NCBI GenBank assembly: GCA_030295235.1
Contig: AP026130.1
Location: 248,001-312,000, forward strand
DNA: 64,000 nucleotides
Reading direction: 5' to 3'
Source: Fistulifera solaris
Lineage: Eukaryota
The notes below the pieces were generated by a model. That model worked only from the letters and a program-made list of their open reading frames with translations. It had not been told where the DNA came from and ran no database searches. This document shows positions 46,605-59,002 of the stretch, piece by piece (the stretch's first letter is position 1; every line of letters begins with the position of its first letter). The position numbers and the translations under genes were made by a program.

Positions 46605-47355
46605 GGCGCAAAAGAATTGCAACAAATGAAAGGATTTGCTTTCGAAAACAAGAAAGGCAAGGGCGTTTGCGGTTTTTGCAGTTTGCACTTTCCCAGTTTG
46701 TGCTCCGTGCGCTATAATAAGCGCCTGCACTCCCAATGATGGTGTCATTGCTACTTTCCAAACATATAATCCAGTACCAGATTATTTCTTCAACGGAAAA
46801 TTCATGAAAAGCTATGGAATGAGGAATCCAGAATGATCATGCTTTAATTTTTCCTCCTCCCCGAGGCCGGCGGGCGCGCGATGAGTCACTTCATCACCAA
46901 TGACGTACTTTCCGGACGAAGAACAAACGAAAGAATCCTTTCTACTTTTCATTTCATACAAAAAGGAGGCGCAGCGATCTTCGTCAGTTCAACTTCCAAT
47001 GCTGATCCGTCTTTGCTGAATGCGATTAAGTAAGATACGTGTTATTTCTACTAGCTAGGAATTTACTATTTTCATGACTAGTTTTATTTCTATTAGGTTG
47101 TTTTTGATATAATACTTTCAAAATACTGTGTAGAGGCTTGCGCGCATAGCTACTGTCACTATGGCGGTCATTTGTGGGACGAATGACGGGCCATCACAGC
47201 GGGTGAAAAAACTTCGTCACCGGCCATCGGTCCTCGAGTACCGCACGCTCTGCGGACGCTTGCGTAAGTTGTTGTACGAACCCTTTTTCATCATCATTGC
47301 GCATCCTCTGCTTGCTGCCTCAGTCATTACTCTCTTTATTCAAATAATAGAAATA

Positions 47356-48038
47356 ATGAAAGTTTCTGCAGCTGCTTGTCTTTTGTTGGTTTCATCGGCA
47401 ACCGCCTTTGCTCCTTCCCGACCGGCCTTTTCGGCCGTTTCCTCGCTTCGCATGACCGAAGAGGTAGAAGCGCCGCCCGCCCCCAAGGCCGATGTCGGAG
47501 GTGCCTTGGTTCCCATCAAGGAAGAAACGGTCGAATTCACAGCGGGTCTTCTCGGTGGTGCCTTTGGCTTTGCGGTGGGTGGACCCCTATTTGGTCTGAT
47601 TGCGGCCGCCGCCGCCAACTACGTCTCCAAGATGGACGGTGACGTTTCGGATGTGGTACAGGCCGTCTCCAAGACAAGTATTCAAGTGTTCAACTACCTT
47701 GCTACTCTAGACAAAAAGTACGAAGTGCTCAAAAGGCTCAAGGATCCCTCGAGAATGCTCTGGACAACCTCAAGAAGCAGGAATCGGTTGACCCTGCTAC
47801 GATTGAGAAGGTAGAGCAAGCGTTGGCCAACACCAACAAGAAAATCAAAGAAGTCAATGATGAATACGACCTTGTTGGAGGTGGTGTCACAGCTCTCGGT
47901 GTTGTTGGTGATTTGGTGGAAAAGATCGTCGACAAGGCCGGAGAATTGAACAAGGAGTACCAGCTTACCGAGAAGGCCAAGGAATCATTGAACAGCGCTA
48001 TTGCCAAGGCCAAGGCTGCTGCCAAAGAAGCATCGTAG
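47356..48038 (+). CDS. Plastid-targeted membrane protein of unknown function; frameshift near 47733
   Basis: Classic diatom bipartite presequence MKVSAAACLLLVSSATA-FAP, a Gly-rich hydrophobic hairpin, and an amphipathic helical C-terminus. Confidence 0.7.
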
Positions 48039-49327
48039 ATATTTATTTCGTCCTCGTAGAAGAAGTTTAACTGAAGGGAGTTGAGTCCATTAAACTTTGA
48101 CTTTGTTCGTAAGTTTGATGCAACGATACCAGAAAGCTAATTAAATTTGCCTTGCATCACCTTAGATTTATCCATTGACTTGTGCTACCATACTTTGCTG
48201 CAATCGTTGCAGTCCTTTGTTAACACGGAAACTGCTTATGCCTAAACTTAGACTGCTCCGTAATGCTTTCTTTGCCCTAGTGTTGGGCAGCGCCTACTGT
48301 ATACAGAAGCCGTCGGCGTACGTAGTCATTGGCGAGTCTTTAGACGTCACGGTCTAGTCTGCTACAGCAAACCTTTTTGTGCATTATTTGTCTCTAAATC
48401 AATGAAAGTATCAGGTAATGCAAAGAATTGCAGCTTATATGCGACACCATACACCCTTTTAGCACGCAAAGCAAAACCAAGGATCTTGTGGTGTCTCCGT
48501 CACACGTTCGAAATTCGCAATGGAGAGGCATCTTGTCTCATCGAAGCTAGAGATATTTTAGTGTGATACAGACTGTTTTGCGTGTCTTCGATTCCGCAGC
48601 GATCGGATGTACTGCAAGAATGCAAAGCTACCTCACTTTATTAGTGCTGGTAAGGAGGTCACCGTCACCGTCACCGTCGATATTATGTTTTTTATTGATT
48701 TGACTACCTTGGAGATTTGCTCATGCGTGGCACGGTGTTGGGATCTGTAGTCTAGGAGAGCGAAAACAACGACCCTTGCTAAAGAGACCGGGAGTTCGAT
48801 GGGGGGAACCTTAGCCGGATGTGGAACAGACCGTCGGTTTCATAGCTAGCTGGCCCGCGCACCCAATCGCTGATTATCGGTTGCAACGGAAAACCCACTT
48901 TTCGGTTATTTAGGCAAAGCCTTCAATGTATCGGATAGAGAGTAGGAAGGACGAAGCCGCCATGGATGCTGCCATGGTTGTGAGTTGTGAGCACTGCGTT
49001 CGAAAGCAAAATTAAAATTTCAAGAAGAATGCAATAACCTTTCTTATGCGCCGATGATCCTTGCCAGCATCACAGCATCCTTTCCGAAAGAATAAAACTC
49101 AACTCGCATTTGACAGCACAAGGGTCCACGAGAGGCACGAGCAATTGAGGGTTCGACGAATTTTTGATTCACAACGTCTTGACGAGGCCACATTAAAATA
49201 CATTTTGTCACCTTCTTTTTTTAAGGGAAATGCAGTCTCCGCGAACGCCAAGTATGTCGATCCAAGACCGCATTCGAGCGATGAACGAAACGCTGGATAA
49301 GGTAGAAGCAACCCCGCTGTAGATTTA

Positions 49328-52300
49328 TTGAATTCCACTCCATCGGAAGAAAAAACAATATTGACAATGGAGTCCTCCGATGACAAAGCGCAACAATCCG
49401 CATCGGAGGAGAATGCTTCCACACCGTCTTCAAAACGTACTTCTGTAGTAGATATGTGGAGAAAGAGAGAAGGACCTAAGACAACGGCAAGTCCTTCCGC
49501 TGCGGAGCGTCCTAAAGGGTCGTCAACGTCAGGGGCGCGTCAAGTGGTAGTGACACCTCCTTTTGTACAGAAACGACGATCACTCGTTGCTTCGCCGGAT
49601 TTGACATTGCCTCCCGATAGCAACAAAGTGGAAAGTGAAGCGAGAAATGGTGGGGAGGAAACTAGGAACGAACCGTCAAGAGTAATGCGTAATTCGTGGC
49701 AGCACAAACAGTCGCTCGTTCAGCCATCGCCAGCTTCTGTGCCCAAGCCTTTCTGGGTCTCTGCACCGAAAGTGAACGGTGTTAAGGAATTACAATCCTT
49801 TCAACCTCCAGAAAAGATGAATACTCCTGTTGTGCTTCCGAATGAGACAGACGCGCCACCCCGAGAGAATGTAGCTGCATTGCTGAGAACACAGTTAGAG
49901 AAAGATGCTCCCAAATCTCCCAGTTCCTTGAATTCACAGAGCAAGCAGCAAAGCGTGGCAACAAAAATTCCTTCCTTCAAGAAACGTGCACCTGTAGATT
50001 TGACAATCGTGCCTTCCACGAACGACCCGGAGGCAGATACCCGATCGACACCAGGAAGTAGGAGGTTATCCGACTTGGTAGCTGTCGTTCAAAAGCACGA
50101 GCTAGCGGAAGGTTCTCCACTTCCGGAAATTTTGAGTACGAAAGCTTCATCGCCAGCGATGGAATCTCCGGGGGTGAGGAGGTCAAGCGTGGTAGATTTC
50201 TGGAAATCTCGTACGACGCAACCTGTCGCGGATCGTCCACCCGCAAACGTACCGCGCAAGTCGACGGCCCTTCCTGCTGCATCACTAAAAGATGTTTTTG
50301 AGAAGATAAAGGAAAAGGAAGCGCCTATCGAGGACAATGATCAGCACGAGATGAAGTCCGAGGTACCAAGCAACGGAGCACAGCATGAAATGACAAACGA
50401 AGCGGATAATGAGACTGTTACCACCAGTACAAGCGTTGCTGACCGATGGAAGCAGAATATGGAAAATCGCGCTATAGAAAAAAGTCAACTTCCCCGTGAT
50501 CGACCTTCTGATGCAGCACGGACATCAACGGCTGCTCTATCGAGTACACTGAAAGATATATTTGAAAAGAGAAAGGAGAAGGATCAAACGGAAAGTAATG
50601 CGGAGCTTGGCAATCGTCCCAGAGATAGTGGTCTGCAGCAACAGAAACCAGCGGCGAAGAGCGAAACCGGCACGGCCAGCGTCTTGAATCGATGGGTTCC
50701 GAATGCGGCTACACGTGCTCCTGGAGCACTTTCCTCCAATCGAGTCGCAGGGGAGCTTTCTTCAATCGTTTCAGAGCCCATCGAACCTTTCGAGGGGACA
50801 ACTGCTGCGTCGCCACACGCTATTAGCTTCAAGGAAAAAGCTCAATTGTTCGAAAAACCCTCAAAAAAGCAACCTGAAATTTCCGTCACAAAGAAAACAC
50901 AGCATGTTGGGAACGCTGTCTCTGGAAAATTTAGCGGGCAACCAAAGCAATCACCTGCAGTAGAGGCTGCCTCGAAGCGATGGAATCAAAATGTCATAAG
51001 CAAGCCTTCCGCGAGTAAGACAGTCACCGTTAGTACTGCCGCATCTACATCCGGAAATGGCCGTCTGCCACAATTTCCGCCAATGCATCCTAAGAAAGGC
51101 TCTCCTTTGGAAGGATCTCCCAAATCTATGAATTCCTCACGCAAGCCTGCGCTGCGCAGTTCTATTGTCCAGGAGGATGGCGTATTTTCGAGAAATTGGG
51201 AAGACGACTCGTCTGGCCCAGGGGTGTCTTCAAGCTTGGGCCCGACAAATGACAGTCTCGTGGACCCACAAGTTGCAAACGATAGGGGATTCGAACCCGA
51301 GAGGTCGATAGTGGACAAACTTCCCCGAGAGAAAGCGGCCCACGGTACAGCAACACATGCACGCTCAGCATCGACCGGATCATTCGGCGAGCTTCTACCA
51401 GATTCTAATGGAAACCCGACACCATCTTTGAAAAGACACGCTAGAATACCATCTGCTGGATCGATGGGTGATCTTGGAGCTAGGTATAGGGGTTCTTCCA
51501 TTGGATCCGTCGATGACGCTATGGGACCGACTAAAGAGTCCAGCTTGAAACAAAGTGAAGAAACTGCGAAGTCTAATGATGAATCGAACAGAAAGACACC
51601 TTTGTCGTCACGGATAGCGCAGTCTTTACTAGAGCAGATGAAGTCTTCGGAAGCATCGGGCCTAAGACCAATTGAATCGACTGTTCTTCCTAAACCACTG
51701 CGATTTCAAAAAGCTGATCAAGAAGTATCTGGGGCCAAGAAAAATCAAACAAAGTCAGGAGACTCTCTTGTTTCGTCCAAGGAATCTGCGTTCGATACTT
51801 GGCCGTCAAAGAGCGACGAGGGAAACGAGCATGACTTTGGTAGCGCTCGCAAGCGCAACCGACGAAGCTTGGCGAGTCTTGGAAAAAGGCACATTGCAAA
51901 AAACCTGGCGCAGAAAACCACGTTTGGCGATGCCTCCAGTCTAGTTAGCAATCCAGCTACTAGCCTTTTCAGCGGTAGCAGCCAGCGCTCAGCAACGTCG
52001 TTGGGCAAGGGAACAGAAGGCACTGTGAAATCATTGAATGTGGTCACTAGTGATTGGTCAGATAGTGCATGGCCTACTGACGGGGTGGGTCCAATGTTCA
52101 GTTTGAGTGTAGATTCCGGTTCACCAGGGCACACAGAAATCCCTAATGAGGTTGTAACAAAGAAAATACAGCCTCCAGGTCAAAGCCTAAGAAACGAAAC
52201 CCCCAGAAGAAGACTCATGAACAAGAAGCCGTCGTCGACCAAAAGCACCAGCTCTGGCAAATTTTACATCCCAGATACCTTGGAACCTATCGATGAGTAT

Positions 52301-53390
52301 CAATGGTCGCAACAAGCGGCGAATATTGCGTCACAAGCGATTCCTCAACCTTCGGAATACACAGCACTAGATGTGTCCGTATCAGATCCTAAATGGCAGA
52401 GTGCTTCAGATATGTCCTTTGGTATGAAGCCATCTCTACACTCTCCTGGTTTCGAAGACCACAAGTCTGATTTTTCTGTTTTCAGCGACTCTGCCATTAG
52501 TAAGGCTTCGTCGACATCTTCCTTGGCGAACAGAGCAGAACGGGCTCTCCAAGCTCGACGAAGAAAAAACCGAACATATGTCACTACCGTGAGAGAACCG
52601 AACATGCCTGCGCAGGTGACGCAGAGCGTCGTTGGTCACAGTGAACAAAAGCACCCAGCACGGTCAGCTTCCCACTTACATGCTTCCAACCCTGAAGGCA
52701 GTTTTGAAGAAGGAGAAGTAGATTTTCGATACGATGAAGCCTATGTGCAATCGCTTTCCGAAAAGCGAAGAGCAGCTGGAGTTAGGACCACCTACAATAC
52801 TTCCTCGCGATTCATGGAGGAGGAAGAATCTGAGCTTCAGTCTGCGCCACCTCGGGTCCGCAAGCCTGTAGAAGATGATGCCTCAGTGGAGAGTGGTGAA
52901 AGCTCTTATCGAACTTTGGAGACAGCAACATCGGAGAGCGAAAGCCCATGGTCAAAAGGGCATTCGAAGCGACGCGCTGCTGGCCCTGTTCCAGAAAAAG
53001 TTCATTGATGAAAGTGCAGAGAATATGGACAACTTTCAAAAAGCCTTTGAATCTTTAGGTCTTTCGCAGATTGCATCCGATCTTGCTCGGGAAGTAAGAT
53101 TAGCAACGTTGGATATATCAAATCTTGCCAGAGGTATGAATGAAACTGTCAAGACGTTCCGTACCCCGGCATGCACGAAAAGCAAGGCTATGGTCCCAAA
53201 GGAAGACGCGCCTTTTGATGAGGATGTCGCTATCGAAGTTGAATATCTTGAAGATTATGCTGATGATGACGAATCAGAATCGAATCCCGCTATGTTGCAT
53301 GGAAGCTTCAACGATTTTGATTATGAGGACGAAGTGCCCTTCGACCAACCACCATCACAGGGTCGCGGTACCAAATCTGCCTATGTTTGA
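49328..53390 (+). CDS. Large Ser/Pro-rich, intrinsically disordered protein; frameshift near 52990
   Basis: 1226-aa low-complexity ORF continuing in a shifted frame to 53390 (FDEDVAIEVEYLE). Confidence 0.7.
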
Positions 53391-53472
53391 GCATCGAAGA
53401 CCACTTCCGTGGAAATGCGATTTGAAGCTACATTGTGTACTGTAATTAGTGTTCATTGCAAAACTTAGCATT

Positions 53473-56146
53473 CTAGTTGTAACTCTTGGTTGTCCCCTTT
53501 GTTGTCAAGAATTCCACCATTTCTATTGAAGCACCATTCAGTAAAGCGCAATCAAGAACACCATGGGCTGAACTATCGTGAGCATCACTAAAGAAACCGA
53601 TTAGAAAACCCGTTGGAAAAATACAAGCAATCTTTTCATTCGAACTTACAGTTTGCCGCCGTTTTGAAGTAAAAACTCAGCCATCTCAATGGCGTGCCAC
53701 TCTTCGTCTCCTTCTGGTACAGGTACGAGGGCACAAGCGTGGAGGGGCGTCCGCCCACCTTCGTCTGGGTTAGTCCAGTCAGGACTCCCTCCACGCGCAA
53801 GAGACCCGGCTGCTGCTACGAGGTCACATTTTTGGCCGCGTCGTACAACGCCTTGCTGTACTTCTCTACCTTTTCTTCATCCGTCAAACCCTCACATCCC
53901 TCATATTGCAAAAAACCTTTCCACTGATATTTGCTTTTAATCCAAGCTTCCCGCCCCTTCCTGTCGGCATTCTCCGTTGGCTTTTGCCATCCTGTCTGCG
54001 CGGCCAGTCCTTCTTCCCAAATTGGATTTACTTTGTCATTCCCGAGCAAGCAGATGACACCGCCTTCCGCGAGACTTATTGAGTCGAGCTTTAGGGATCG
54101 AACTCGGCTAACGTGTATTCCCAAAGAACGGTGAACGCCACTGCATTCTATGCAAACCAGAATGCCGAGATTTAGTGAAGCCCAGTCAGGTGAAGCCATA
54201 CCACAGTCCGCACAAGTCGGGTTCAGGTTCATGATCTTTTCCACCAGTGGGCTGGCGTTCTGAGGAGGACCAAGAGGATTTGTTTCCATTTCCGGTGATG
54301 TGTCGCTTACTTCGCGTACTTCTGTAGGCGGCAATTCCGAAAAGCTAGATTCTCTCGTATTCCCTGAATTTATGGGCTTCCTTCCGAGGTTTTGGTTCAA
54401 GTGCGGCGCATTCGGGTCGCCGTGGTACAACCTATGTTCCATCGCCGATCGGATACCATCCACCCAAATCTTGTAATCGATGGGTCCAGGGGCTTGCAAC
54501 GTCAAAGGCTTTTCACTGGGAGTGACTAACTGAAAACAAAAGCGTGGTCCTTGTCCCTCCACTGGAAGTTCTCGGACGGTACACAATACTACGTCACAAA
54601 CCTTCACTCGCGAAGAATAGGCCCCCTTTCGACGATAGGGACGGTCGTCGCCATCCGCACTAAAGTAGTAAATTGCATCATTGTCCATGACAAACCATCG
54701 ACGTTGCCAAGCCTGCAGTGCCATCAGTGACGTATTTTTCTTATAGAGCCAACCTTCGATTTTCACTCCCGGCATTGTGTCGCGCTGATATCGTGATGTA
54801 GCCGCCAGTGCATGTGGTAAATTCCACAGTTGAACTTGCTCTTCAATGTCATCTACTTTGAGGAGCTGTCGTTCTATTTCCTTGGCATCCCCATCTGCAA
54901 TGGCCGCCGCAGCTTTGGATGCCTCCGTTGCCTTGATACGGATCGAGTGCACCGCATCCCTCAGGGCAGTCTCACGACCCTGCCATGTCGGAACAATGGT
55001 ACTCGCATGTTCTTCTCGAAGCTTATTTTGTCTCTCTTGAATTTCTTTGATACTCGGAGACAGAGCGTCCACCGCCGTTTTGCACCTTCCGTGATAATTG
55101 CTGATTTCGTGCAAGGTAGAGATAGCATTTTCGGCCACTTCAAAATTGCGACGGTGTTTGATGCTGATCAAATGCTTCATCAGCTGGAATCGCCTTAATT
55201 CCGCCATGCCCTGCAATACACGAACCTGTTCGAGTGACGAAACGAGATTGCTAGCTTCCATCGCCTTTTCGATACGCGAATCACCCGGATTGGACGTAGC
55301 AGCATCATGACCTCCACGACCTAAATTCCAGTTTTTAAAGGCTTTCCCGAGACGCTCTCCGGCCGCTGTTTTTCCGGCGGCCTTCTCACAAACGATTCCG
55401 AAAAGTTGTTCTTTCCGTTCAGATACTTGCCAAATTGGAGTTCCGCCGCTTCGGTGGCTTCATCGGCGTCGGATTTGAGGATGGATACCGTTTTGAGTTC
55501 CGAAGCGGCAAAGGCCTCAAAGGACATGCCCAAGGTGCTTTCAATCGACTGCAGCATGGCAATCTGATAAAAGGCTACTTCATCCAGCGCCTACGAATTC
55601 TCGTGAGATTTATTCCTCAAACGATTCGATTTGGATGTTATTTCTTACCTTCCCCAAATGTTCCAACAACTCGGCCATTTCTCCACCCACCGCTTTGCGC
55701 CGCGCTGCCACCAATTGATCAATTTCCTCTGGCGTCATGCCATCTTCCCTACTTTGCTCTTCATCCCACCGCAATCGACACGAACTCGCCAATCGCCGTG
55801 TCGCTTCTCCCATTAAGGCACCCGTTTGACACAAGGTCTTGGTCCGCGTGGTGATTTCGCGCATCGCGTCGGTCAACAAACTGAGCGATTGGATTTCGTG
55901 GTCACAGAACGATTTAAAGTACGGTGAATCGGCCGTAAAGTTGTGACGCGGATTCCAAGCTGCATCGGACGTGGTAGTGGGAAGAGTGGAAGTCGTAGTC
56001 GAGGGTTCTTCCGGACTGTCATTGAGTAAATGTGGTTCACCTAAATCAAAGTTGTCGTCGCTCGAGTTGTTGGAAGCGTTTTCGACCGTTTCCTCGGTTT
56101 CCTTGACTTCCTTGGTTTCTTGGACTTGCTCATCGGTACTGCTCAT
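53473..56146 (-). CDS. ArfGAP with BAR, PH and ankyrin domains (ACAP/centaurin-beta/AGD-like); introns ~55564-55648 and ~53589-53649; frameshifts
   Basis: BAR start ADSPYF, PH domain IEGWLYKK...WQRRWF...RFCFQL, ArfGAP zinc finger CADCGMASPDWASLNLGILVCIECSGVHRSLG, ankyrin GRTPLHAC. Confidence 0.92.
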
Positions 56147-56598
56147 CTTACGGTTGCTTTGACTACAATGTAAAGGCGCAGCAAGGATGAACAGCTTGTT
56201 TCAATGAGAAAATGGGGATCTTTCGATGACTTTTAAGTTTTGTTGCGACCTAACGGTTCCTTTTTTGGAGCCGCAAAAACGACGAAGGGGAGAAAAAAAG
56301 GCAAAAGGGCGGTCGGAGTGTCGTTGGCTCACGTGTTTTGTATTATCGTAAGCAGTGCCGCTACGATTTAAGCTGGATCTTGCTGGGTTTATCCAAATGA
56401 CCCGTGACTGTGACCCTTCGGACGCAATCACCCTAGTTTTCTAGCTGCGTAGGCCTTGCACAGCACTTGTTACGGCGCCAAAAACCCAAAATGTAGGGAG
56501 CACTGAAAAAATTTATACAAGGGCAAAGCGGGTATCTCTATATAGAGTAGTTTTTAACAATTAACTCGCTCGTAGTAATGTCATGAAGAATGCGACAA

Positions 56599-58630
56599 TT
56601 ACCTCGTCGCCGTCTCATCCGCCCAATCCGCCGACGTAGAGAACAATAAGCCAATCACCATAGCCCAGAATATAGACAAGAATGCATAAATCATTCCATC
56701 GAAACGCATGAGAATGGGGTCAACACCCGCCAAGATTTCCACCACAAAACTCGCCAACGAACTCATGGTACCACCAAATCCATTGATGAACGACACCAGA
56801 ACAATGCTTTCGAGAGGTCCCGGTTCACCCGCGAGCAAATTGCCCAGTCCACCCGATAGCGCACAGGCCAGCATGTTGGACGTAAATGTCCCCAAAGGAA
56901 ACGTCGGTCGCCACGCGTTCAATCGAGAAAGTCGCCAACGCGCCAGGACGCCCAACGGTGAGAACAACAAGCTCAAGGCGAGTTCTTGATTCTTTGGGTC
57001 GTCAAAGAAGGAAAGTGAGGTACATTGTGTGACCAACGCCATGATGAACACGGCCGTGATGATGGCACGGAGCGACGGCATTTGGTCTTCGGTGTGACGC
57101 AAGGGAGGAGCCGTTTCGGTTTCCGAGTCGTCGGGAGCACTTTCCGACTGGTCATTGGCCGCCACACGAATTCCGTAACCGCGACGCTCGTCCCGTTTCG
57201 TCTCAAAGCGACAACGCCAAACAAAGATGTAGACCGCAATGTGTTGTCCGAACCGGTAGGCGATGATGGGGAGCTGCAAGCCCAGCATGTAACCGACGAC
57301 CGCCTTGCCGATCTCGCCTTGCTCCAAAAAAAGTCACCATGGCCGAATTCCAAGACGAAAAGGACGACAGGGCACCACAGAAGCCATCCCGCAGTCCCAA
57401 CATGATATCATCACTCATGGCTTCGGGTGTCGTACCCGCATCCCATCCATCAGCAATGTTCACTCGTCGCAGACGTGAGATGTTCTCCGTCACATTGGCA
57501 GTGACATCCGTAATGATCTGTTCGACTCCGAGCGGATCGTCGGAAGTTGGTTCCGCTTCCTCGGGCTGTGAAGTGTCGCTCGTTTCTTTGCCGGAAACAG
57601 TGCTGGAGTTTGCATTTCCCAAGTGAACGTTTGACATCTGGGACGAAGGGTGTTCCGGTACTCGAGGAGGTGTCATTGTGGTTCTTTGCGATCGTACAGG
57701 TGAATCGGGACATTCTTGCAATTCCAAATCAAACGACATATTGGCTTCTGGTCGATCGGCCTCGGATTGCGGAGAATAAATCCCCGAAGCCAAATGTGGC
57801 TCGGGGAGATCATCATCATCATCTTCGGAATTCCGCCGATATCCGTCGGCAAAGTAATGTTCCATCACATCCACATCTTCCTTGCGGACGGGGAAGAGTA
57901 TTAAACATTTCGACGCTCGTATGCGACGCTCCAATGCCAACAACTGGACATCCCGTAAATCTTCATTTAAATGAACGGGTGGTTGCCAACTGTGAAAGTA
58001 TTTTTGTTTCTTGGGTCGTCTCCGTCGGAGGGTGGGACGAGTCGTCGTTGCAATGTGCAAGCCGTCTCCTTCATCATCTTCTTCTTCCTCATTCGGATTG
58101 TGACGACGATCCCGAATTTCTTCCGCCAAGACCATTTGTTGCAAGCGGGGTGGGGAAAATCGTGTATGAATGATTTCCATCAATCGTTCTCCCGAACACA
58201 GCATCCCCATGAGAAAGCACGACAAACAATTGAGTGGTAATACCACAAAGAGTGGACTGTCGGAATTAAAGACATTATCAAAATTCGCAAACCACGTCGA
58301 TGCCCCCAAACGAAAGACAATCCCGAGTTGCGTAAAGAGCGATAGAATCAAAATATCATCGTACGTGGTCCAGAAATGATGGACGAATTGTTGATCTTCG
58401 TCCGCTTGTGGGTCTTCGGGAGTTTCTTCGGCCGGTGAAGGCTCTTGCCGCTGTCTGGATTGTCGCTGCGGATAAAAGAAACTGTGCACGGCTTCTCGTG
58501 ACGGTTTCGCAATCGATTCTTCAAAATGCGTCGAAACTTCATCGAAATGACTGACGAGAAGATCGGTCGTTGTTGCTGCGTTAGGGCGATTCGTTTCGGT
58601 GGGTGGATTCGAATTTGACATGATGAACAA
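56599..58630 (-). CDS. FEX: Fluoride export protein FEX (tandem CrcB/Fluc domains); frameshift near 57330
   Basis: Fluc motifs LGIVFRLG, LNCLSCFLMG, GFCGALSSFSSW in domain 1. LFSPLGVLARWRLS, PLGTFTSN, GFGGTMSSLASF in domain 2. Confidence 0.85.
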
Positions 58631-59002
58631 TACTGTTCTTTTGAATTAAACGAGAAGCATTGAGAAGGAAGATGACGATCGTAGGATAGACCTTTGCTTG
58701 GCAATGAAACGAATAATAAAACGGTGTGGCTGCGCGTGTCTCCAACTCCCCCGATCACACACGCTCTGCGGTCCGTTAAATAACGGCACCGTTATCGTAA
58801 TACCGAGCCCAAAGTACTCACAGCGTTGTACTCTTTTCCAGTCCCGCGTGAGTCCCGGCTCACGGAATGAAACACACGACAATTATTAACCGCGATAGGC
58901 CAAGATGCGAACAAATAATAAAAACACAATAACAATTACTGTTGACATCTCTGTATTATTCTCTGTTTTCGATCACAAATACTCACATAAACACTTACGA
59001 TT

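Noticed and set aside
48100..49300. Possible gene or upstream exons in the 1.2-kb gap before the large disordered protein
   Set aside because: Only short ORFs without motifs are present, and no convincing splice path was found.
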